Shown here: positions 18,745 through 24,225 of the stretch, one piece after another
How positions within the stretch are numbered: the first letter of the stretch is position 1
Layout of the letters: every line of letters begins with the position of its first letter
Source: a plasmid
Reading direction: 5' to 3' (one strand)
Length of the DNA stretch: 24,225 nucleotides
Sequence record: NZ_CP137227.1
Program-made: the position numbers and the translations under genes
The notes under the pieces: model-generated
Databases searched by the model: none
What the model was told of the DNA's origin: nothing
The model's input: the letters and a program-made list of their open reading frames with translations, nothing else

Positions 18745-18866
18745 CAAGCGGAGCGCGGAGGCCGCAGGCCGGAGGCGTCAGTGGCAGCTGCCCGCGTGAG
18801 CGGGGCGAGACGCGTAGCGGCTCGATGCGCAGCACAGCAGAACGGCCCCGGAGGGGTGACGTCCGG
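18745..18866 (+). repeat. GC-rich structured element copy C (~122 bp)
   Basis: ~85% identical to copy A. Its ends pair (GGCGTCA / TGACGTCC). Confidence 0.7.
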
Positions 18867-18895
18867 GGGTTCGCTTTTAAAGATTTTCGACCACA

Positions 18896-19051
18896 TCAGT
18901 AAATCGTAGTGACACCATGAAGCAAAAGTATCGTGCAGACCAGAATCAACAACAGTAACAGCAGACCTTTTTTTCGACGTAATAAAACCGGCCCCAAAGC
19001 GCCCGCAAGAAGCACACTCAACACGATTTCCGTTATGCTAATCGTATTCAT
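18896..19051 (-). CDS. Small hydrophobic peptide (51 aa, MNTISITEIVLSVLLAGALGPVLLRRKKGLLLLLLILVCTILLLHGVTTIY); predicted two-TM membrane peptide
   Basis: Hand-translated ORF with a weak GAGAG RBS. Below the ORF-track cutoff. Confidence 0.35.
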   Translation of the reverse strand: MNTISITEIVLSVLLAGALGPVLLRRKKGLLLLLLILVCTILLLHGVTTIY

Positions 19052-19123
19052 AATCTCTCACGTTTCCCTTTTTAGAACTCTGCCACACACGGATAAAACC
19101 TTATAACAAAGCAACAAAACCCG

Positions 19124-19363
19124 TTATTCAGACACGGTAATGCCTAGTTTTTTTGCCAGAATTTCAGATGACAAAGAAACCCTTATCGACTTCCCGGTTA
19201 CAAGGTGAATGATTGTGGCTTCATGCCCTTCAACAGAGTGGGATATTAACTCACGCTGAATGATATGCGTCTCTCCATCATTTCCCGTCACGGCTATTAG
19301 GCTCTCTGTAGAACAGGGGTTGATACTACTAATGTTGGTGTTGTTTTCGGTTTTGTTCAGCAT
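19124..19363 (-). CDS. Hypothetical leading-region protein (79 aa), CUP-controlled-gene (ccg)-like position
   Basis: ORF co-oriented in the ardB-to-ardA gene string. Confidence 0.45.
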   Translation of the reverse strand: MLNKTENNTNISSINPCSTESLIAVTGNDGETHIIQRELISHSVEGHEATIIHLVTGKSIRVSLSSEILAKKLGITVSE

Positions 19364-19372
19364 CGCTGATCC

Positions 19373-19777
19373 TCAAATATCGGTTTGTGTTACGTCTGCC
19401 GCTTTGCGCTGGATAAGCGACTTAAAGAAATCCGACGCCTTCAGAATATCGCTATCCTGGAAGTCGGGAAATGTCGCTTCTGTCAGCTCCTGCGCCGTAC
19501 CTGCCCGTATAACGGTTTCATCGCGGATCATCGTTCGCTTAACGCCATCAGCCTGTTTTTTGCTGAAGGAGTGCCGGAAAATAATCGCGTATTGGCCGCC
19601 GCTATCCTGATGAACAGAAGTATCCCAGCGATGATTACCCTGTTTACGATAGTGGTGATAGATTTGCTGGCCGTAGCGCTCCTGATCGGAATTACGGTAA
19701 TCGAACATTAACAGTTCCAAAAGCATTAACCGATCTGGCAATTGCCAGGCGGTAGGGTGTTGAAGTGTCGCTAACAT
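19373..19777 (-). CDS. Hypothetical leading-region protein (134 aa); GCGTGACAGTCACG palindrome overlaps its RBS region (19787-19803)
   Basis: ORF with RBS GGGGA. Sits immediately downstream of ardB. Confidence 0.5.
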   Translation of the reverse strand: MLATLQHPTAWQLPDRLMLLELLMFDYRNSDQERYGQQIYHHYRKQGNHRWDTSVHQDSGGQYAIIFRHSFSKKQADGVKRTMIRDETVIRAGTAQELTEATFPDFQDSDILKASDFFKSLIQRKAADVTQTDI

Positions 19778-19834
19778 AGTTTCCCCTGAGCGTGACAGTC
19801 ACGATAAGGCGGGCTTTGCCCGCCTGGTTATCAG

Positions 19835-20260
19835 TTAATCAATGGCACGATAAATACGATTCTGGCTTTCGTTCTCCAGCGTATTAACGTACTCCCGCAA
19901 CAGGTGATACCGGTTAGCCATCGTTTCGTTCAGTTCGGCTTTGCCTTCTTCATATGCCAGCCCGCAAAAGTAACTGTAGGCATACAGACAAACAATAATC
20001 CCTACTTCGCGCGCGCTGCATTCACCTTCAAAATAGTTAGGTAACGAGAGCCAAAGAGGTTGGGGCGCTTCCATAAAAAACGCGCCATTGCTGGCCTGAA
20101 GGTATTCCCAATACCCTCCCTGGTAGTCTTTAGCGTAACGATTCAGAAAGGACTGAATGAAGTGATCTGCGCTGAAGAAAGCGCCACGAAATGCCGCAGG
20201 CATGAAGTTCATGCGGGCGTTTTCAGAAATGTAGCGGGCGGTGATTTCGATAGTTTCCAT
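19835..20260 (-). CDS. ardB: Antirestriction protein ArdB (KlcA/ArdB family, 141 aa)
   Basis: Paralogous to klcA at 7617..8042 (shared YWE/WELSNG-FFMEAP and ...RAID C-terminus). First gene downstream of CUP3. Confidence 0.8.
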   Translation of the reverse strand: METIEITARYISENARMNFMPAAFRGAFFSADHFIQSFLNRYAKDYQGGYWEYLQASNGAFFMEAPQPLWLSLPNYFEGECSAREVGIIVCLYAYSYFCGLAYEEGKAELNETMANRYHLLREYVNTLENESQNRIYRAID

Positions 20261-20279
20261 GATACTTCCTCTTTAAGCC

Positions 20280-20525
20280 GATACCGGCGATGGTTAAGCG
20301 GCAGGCACATCACCTGCCACTTTTTAATTATCGTACAATGGGGCGTTAAAGTCAATACAAGTACGGATTATATTTACCTAATTTTATGCCCGTCAGAGCA
20401 TGGAAGGCGACCTCGCCGGACTCCACCGGACACCGGGGGCAAATCGCCGGAAACTGCGGGACTGACCGGAGCGACAGGCCACCCCCCTCCCTGCTAGCCC
20501 GCCGCCACGCGGCCGGTTACAGGGG
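20280..20525 (-). promoter_or_regulatory. CUP3: shortened CUP copy (internal ~190-bp deletion between short CCGCCGCCACGC / GCCGCCGCGCGGCCGGTTAC repeats), promoter for ardB
   Basis: Retains CCGATACCGGCGAT, the GTCAATACAAGTACG promoter core, the ATGCCCGTCAGAGCAT inverted repeat and the gcaaatcgccggaaactgcgggactgaccggag block. Confidence 0.65.
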
Positions 20526-20639
20526 ACACTGAGAAAGCAGAAAGCCAACAAACACTATATATAGCGTTCGTTGGCAGCTGAAGCAGCACTACATATAGTA
20601 GAGTACCTGTAAAACTTGCCAACCTGACCATAACAGCGA

Positions 20640-20658
20640 TACTGTATAAGTAAACAGT
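20640..20658 (+). promoter_or_regulatory. LexA (SOS) box TACTGTATAAGTAAACAGT (CTGT-N8-ACAG) upstream of mucA
   Basis: Read directly. Sits 17 bp upstream of the mucA ATG (20675), overlapping the presumed promoter. Confidence 0.8.
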
Positions 20659-20674
20659 GATTTGGAAGATCGCT

Positions 20675-21115
20675 ATGAAGGTCGATATTTTTGAAAGCTC
20701 CGGCGCCAGCCGGGTACACAGCATCCCTTTTTATCTGCAAAGAATTTCTGCGGGGTTCCCCAGCCCGGCCCAGGGCTATGAAAAGCAGGAGTTAAACCTG
20801 CATGAGTATTGTGTTCGTCACCCTTCAGCAACTTACTTCCTGCGGGTTTCTGGCTCGTCAATGGAAGATGGCCGCATCCATGATGGTGACGTACTGGTTG
20901 TGGATCGCTCGCTGACGGCCAGCCACGGCTCAATCGTAGTCGCCTGCATCCATAATGAATTTACCGTGAAGCGGCTACTGCTGAGGCCCAGACCCTGCCT
21001 GATGCCGATGAACAAAGATTTTCCTGTGTACTACATTGACCCGGATAATGAGAGCGTTGAAATCTGGGGAGTGGTTACGCATTCCCTTATCGAGCATCCG
21101 GTATGTTTGCGCTGA
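20675..21115 (+). CDS. mucA: MucA (UmuD homologue; LexA-like S24 self-cleaving accessory subunit of error-prone polymerase V)
   Basis: 146 aa from ATG 20675 (MKVDIFESSGASRVHSIPFYLQ...) with Ser/Lys peptidase motifs (GSSMEDG...VKRL). The ORF-track start at 20657 is an upstream GTG inside the LexA box. Confidence 0.85.
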   Translation: MKVDIFESSGASRVHSIPFYLQRISAGFPSPAQGYEKQELNLHEYCVRHPSATYFLRVSGSSMEDGRIHDGDVLVVDRSLTASHGSIVVACIHNEFTVKRLLLRPRPCLMPMNKDFPVYYIDPDNESVEIWGVVTHSLIEHPVCLR

Positions 21116-22368
21116 TTGATGTCAATGGCATGTACGCCAGCTGTGAGCAGGCATTTAGGCCAGATCTGGCAAACCGAGCAGTGGCCGTTTTATCCAACAA
21201 TGACGGCAACATTGTGGCCCGTAATTACCTGGCGAAGAAAGCGGGCCTGAAAATGGGCGATCCGTACTTCAAAGTCAGACCCATAATCGAGCGTCATAAC
21301 ATCGCTATTTTTAGCTCTAATTACACTCTCTATGCCTCCATGTCGGCCCGGTTCGCGGCCGTAGTTGAGTCCCTTGCAAGCCACGTCGAACAGTATTCAA
21401 TCGACGAGCTTTTTGTTGACTGCAAAGGGATAACGGCCGCCATGAGCCTTGACGCTTTCGGGCGCCAACTGCGCGAGGAAGTCAGGCGACACACAACGCT
21501 GGTATGCGGGGTCGGTATTGCCCGTACTAAGACGCTGGCGAAGCTGTGTAACCACGCTGCAAAAACATGGCCCGCTACTGGCGGGGTGGTTGCTCTGGAC
21601 GATGGCGCCAGACTGAAGAAATTAATGAGCATCCTGCCGGTTGCGGAAGTCTGGGGCGTCGGCCATCGTACAGAGAAAGCACTCGCCACAATGGGGATCA
21701 AAACGGTGCTGGATTTAGCCAGGGCAGATACGCGCCTAATCCGTAAGACGTTTGGTGTTGTGCTTGAAAGAACGGTACGGGAGCTACGCGGCGAGGCTTG
21801 CTTCAGCCTGGAAGAAAACCCTCCGGCGAAGCAGCAGATTGTTGTATCGCGCTCATTCGGCCAACGCGTAGTAGCCCTGGCGGATATGCAGCAGGCGATC
21901 ACCGGATTTGCAGCGCGCGCAGCTGAAAAACTGCGTAATGAGCGGCAATACTGCCGCGTCATAAGCGTCTTTATCCGCACCAGTCCTTATTCAGTGCGTG
22001 ATACACAGTATGCCAATCAGGCAACCGAAAAACTGACGGTGGCAACCCAGGACAGCCGCACGATAATTCAGGCGGCACAAGCCGCGCTGGCGCGGATCTG
22101 GCGGGAAGATATTGCGTATGCAAAAGCAGGGATCATGCTGGCCGATTTCAGCGGAAAGGAGGCCCAGCTGGATTTATTCGACTCTGCTACGCCTTCAGCT
22201 GGCAGCGAGGCGTTAATGGCTGTTCTCGATGGCATAAACCGGCGTGGCAAGAGCCAGCTGTTTTTTGCAGGCCAGGGCATCGATAACTCCTTTGCCATGC
22301 GCCGTCAGATGTTGTCACCTGATTACACGACAGACTGGCGCTCGATACCAACAGCAACCATCAAATAA
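21103..22368 (+). CDS. mucB: MucB (UmuC homologue; Y-family DNA polymerase V catalytic subunit)
   Basis: 421 aa beginning MFALIDVNGMYASCEQAFRPDL..., overlapping the mucA 3' end by 13 bp. Confidence 0.85.
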   Translation: MFALIDVNGMYASCEQAFRPDLANRAVAVLSNNDGNIVARNYLAKKAGLKMGDPYFKVRPIIERHNIAIFSSNYTLYASMSARFAAVVESLASHVEQYSIDELFVDCKGITAAMSLDAFGRQLREEVRRHTTLVCGVGIARTKTLAKLCNHAAKTWPATGGVVALDDGARLKKLMSILPVAEVWGVGHRTEKALATMGIKTVLDLARADTRLIRKTFGVVLERTVRELRGEACFSLEENPPAKQQIVVSRSFGQRVVALADMQQAITGFAARAAEKLRNERQYCRVISVFIRTSPYSVRDTQYANQATEKLTVATQDSRTIIQAAQAALARIWREDIAYAKAGIMLADFSGKEAQLDLFDSATPSAGSEALMAVLDGINRRGKSQLFFAGQGIDNSFAMRRQMLSPDYTTDWRSIPTATIK

Positions 22369-22518
22369 TTACCGGCGCCGCACGCGGGCCGGTCAACCCC
22401 TCAACCGGCCGAAACGAGTTTCGGCGCGGTTTCGCGGTTTTCGGTAAAAGGCGTTTCATCTGTATAAAAGATCAGCTAAATTATGTGTATTGCACAATAC
22501 ATATATGTGAGGTTAACA

Positions 22519-23310
22519 GTGAATTTGCCTACGCCCGAAACCTACGATGAACTTCAGAGAGCCTACGATTTTTTTAATGAGAAGCTATTCAGCAACGAGC
22601 TGCCGCCATGCCTGATAACGTTGCAGCGTGAGAAGCGAACGTATGGCTATTGTTCCTTTAAGCGTTTCGTCGGCCGTGAGAGTGGGTACACGGTAGACGA
22701 GATCGCTATGAATCCGGTGTATTTCTCGATCAGAACCATAAAGGCCACGCTTTCAACACTGGTGCATGAGATGGTTCATCAGTGGCAATTCCATTTTGGC
22801 GAGCCTGGCCGCCGTGGCTATCACAACAAACAGTGGGCGGCCCGGATGGAACGGGTAGGACTAATGCCTTCTGATACCGGCGAACCGGGAGGCAGGAAAG
22901 TGGGCCAGAGCATGACCCATTATATTATTGCCGGTGGCCCTTTCGATATGGCCTGTGATGAACTGCTGACAGGCCATTTCCGGCTTTCCTGGATGGACAG
23001 GTTTCCGCCTTACCAGCCTAAGCCTGGCGCTGTGCTAAGCCCTACAGGAAAAGGCTATATTGACGACGAGGAAGATGATAGCGAACACGAACAGGAGGTG
23101 GAGGAAGGGCGCGACCCGGTTGAACTCGACGACGAGATCATAGAGGCCATGCGATTTGTAACCCCGCCGCCTGAAGCGCCGGTGAACAAAACAAACCGGG
23201 AAAAGTACAGCTGCCCGGTGTGTCATATCAATCTCTGGGGTAAACCGGGGATAGTGGTTTACTGTGGTGGCGAGCACTGTAATAAAGCCGCGTTAGTAGT
23301 CTTAAAATAA
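22519..23310 (+). CDS. mpr: SprT-like zinc metalloprotease Mpr (HEMVHQWQ HExxH motif; C-terminal CPVCH...CGGEHC zinc-ribbon-like)
   Basis: GTG start at 22519 has a GAGG RBS 7 nt upstream. The ORF track gives 22483 ATG, which lies inside the operator palindrome. The gene sits next to mucAB as in pKM101. Confidence 0.6.
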   Translation: MNLPTPETYDELQRAYDFFNEKLFSNELPPCLITLQREKRTYGYCSFKRFVGRESGYTVDEIAMNPVYFSIRTIKATLSTLVHEMVHQWQFHFGEPGRRGYHNKQWAARMERVGLMPSDTGEPGGRKVGQSMTHYIIAGGPFDMACDELLTGHFRLSWMDRFPPYQPKPGAVLSPTGKGYIDDEEDDSEHEQEVEEGRDPVELDDEIIEAMRFVTPPPEAPVNKTNREKYSCPVCHINLWGKPGIVVYCGGEHCNKAALVVLK

Positions 23311-23337
23311 AGTCCTTTCGGACTTTATTTTTTTTCC
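23311..23337. terminator. Bidirectional terminator AAGTCC-tttc-GGACTT + T9 between convergent mpr and the 113-aa regulator gene
   Basis: Read directly. Confidence 0.7.
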
Positions 23338-23666
23338 ATTTCCGAGGTCGTGATGTTATTAATGCTGTACTTCGCGGCTTCTTTTAAAACAGTTTCAGCA
23401 AGGCTTGCTGGTATCCAGACCTGAACTAATTTTAATGGTTCGCCGTTCTCGGCTTTAAGAGTGGTGTTCTGGTACAAATCCCAGATTCGCTTAACGGTGC
23501 TGGAAATGTTTTGCTTGGAACGGCCTACTCGCGTGGCTACGTCTGATGATTTCTCACCTTTGACAAGCACGGAATAGCCAATATCTGTTGTGATGTGTGC
23601 AAAGGAAGCCATTTGCGGCAGCAGCTGTTTCCATTCTGTTTCTGAAATTCTGTTTTTCTGAGCCAT
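23325..23666 (-). CDS. HTH transcriptional regulator (113 aa from ATG 23666, MAQKNRISETEWKQLL...); candidate autoregulated CUP-regulon repressor
   Basis: RBS GGAGG is 9 nt upstream of the ATG. Its promoter carries the CUP promoter core GTCAATACAAGTACG (23719-23733). HTH-like SDVATRVGRSKQNISSTVKRI. The ORF track's upstream start at 23726 has no RBS. Confidence 0.5.
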   Translation of the reverse strand: MAQKNRISETEWKQLLPQMASFAHITTDIGYSVLVKGEKSSDVATRVGRSKQNISSTVKRIWDLYQNTTLKAENGEPLKLVQVWIPASLAETVLKEAAKYSINNITTSEMEKK

Positions 23667-24039
23667 CTGTGGCGCCTCCGTAGTTTTGGTTACAGAAAGG
23701 ATATACTCAGAATAAACTGGGGTCAATACAAGTACGATTTTTATAAACTTTATTTTATTTGAGGGTGAGGCCCGGTGCGGCAGCAGCGCGGGCCTCGATG
23801 GTGCCGCGAAGGTGCTGGCGCCATGCTTGGATTAAAACATGAACCGTGAAGAACTGCGAAACTTGTTTTCGCGGTTCTGAGGGGTTGACCGAGCCGCGAA
23901 GCGGCGCTGGTAAGCGATGATATGCACATATCCACAGGCATATTTTTAAAAGGTATTTTATAGATTTTTTATCTTTTTAAAGTCTTTTAGAGCTATATAA
24001 CTCATTGATTTAAAATCATAAATAAGTGTTATCTCTGGG

Positions 24040-24145
24040 AATCCGCCCACCTTGTTATGGGAATTGGCCCACCTATCTATGGGAAACACCCCACCTTACT
24101 ATGGGAATTAGCCCACCTTGTTATGGGAATTGGCCCACCTTAGAC
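24040..24145 (+). repeat. Five tandem 22-bp direct repeats (consensus GAATTRGCCCACCTTGTTATGG), preceded by an AT-rich tract and a DnaA-box-like ATATCCACA at 23928-23936
   Basis: Copies read at 24040, 24062, 24084, 24106 and 24128 (the last partial). Confidence 0.7.
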
Positions 24146-24225
24146 GAAACTGTAAAAAATGTATTTACTTGTTTGAACTTTGTGGTAGTGTGGAGAGTAA
24201 TTTTTAACCCACAAAGGCAAGGCTC

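Noticed and set aside
17040-18909. ORFs 17040..17423, 17114..17446, 17383..17634, 18193..18660, 18351..18896, 18620..18835 and 18718..18909
   Set aside because: They lie within the duplicated CUP cassettes and GC-rich structured elements. Their near-identical Ala/Arg/Pro-rich translations come from the duplicated DNA, and no translation signals are present.
21190-22298. Minus-strand ORFs 21190..21384, 21330..21980 and 22068..22298
   Set aside because: They are antisense to mucB.

Overview
This window looks like an IncN (pKM101/R46-type) plasmid backbone carrying an 11.5-kb composite resistance insertion. Left part: repA (1-720), eight 37-bp iterons (oriV), a divergent inverted CUP copy, and the resolvase resP. 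Then the insertion (2285-13802): IS26; a 5'-truncated Tn3 tnpR; ISKpn27 inserted into the Tn3 tnpR-bla intergenic region; a Tn3 terminal IR copy; blaKPC-2; a truncated ISKpn6; korC; a small orf; klcA; orf92; a 90-bp tandem-repeat block; a truncated rep gene; a Tn1721-type IR-res-tnpR-tnpA-IR module; and a truncated IS903-like element. This matches the Tn1721/Tn3-ISKpn27-blaKPC-2-ISKpn6 chimeric platform (the NTE-KPC / Tn6296 lineage). Right part: a candidate MOBF-type oriT (8-bp hairpin plus a GTGT|ATAGC nic-like motif), 11-bp stbDR-like repeats, stbABC, and an IncN leading region. That region holds a ribbon-helix-helix orf, several small minus-strand orfs, ardA, ardB, three CUP promoter cassettes, mucAB with a LexA box, mpr, and an HTH regulator. 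The window ends in a DnaA box and five 22-bp iteron-like repeats. The signals most worth follow-up are three strand-locked, covarying GC-rich structured elements next to the CUP cassettes, and two palindromic operator systems embedded in coding sequence. The oriT architecture, with no relaxase genes on its expected side, and a possible secondary origin also merit a look. All calls rest on sequence reading and recalled family knowledge; no database search was possible.
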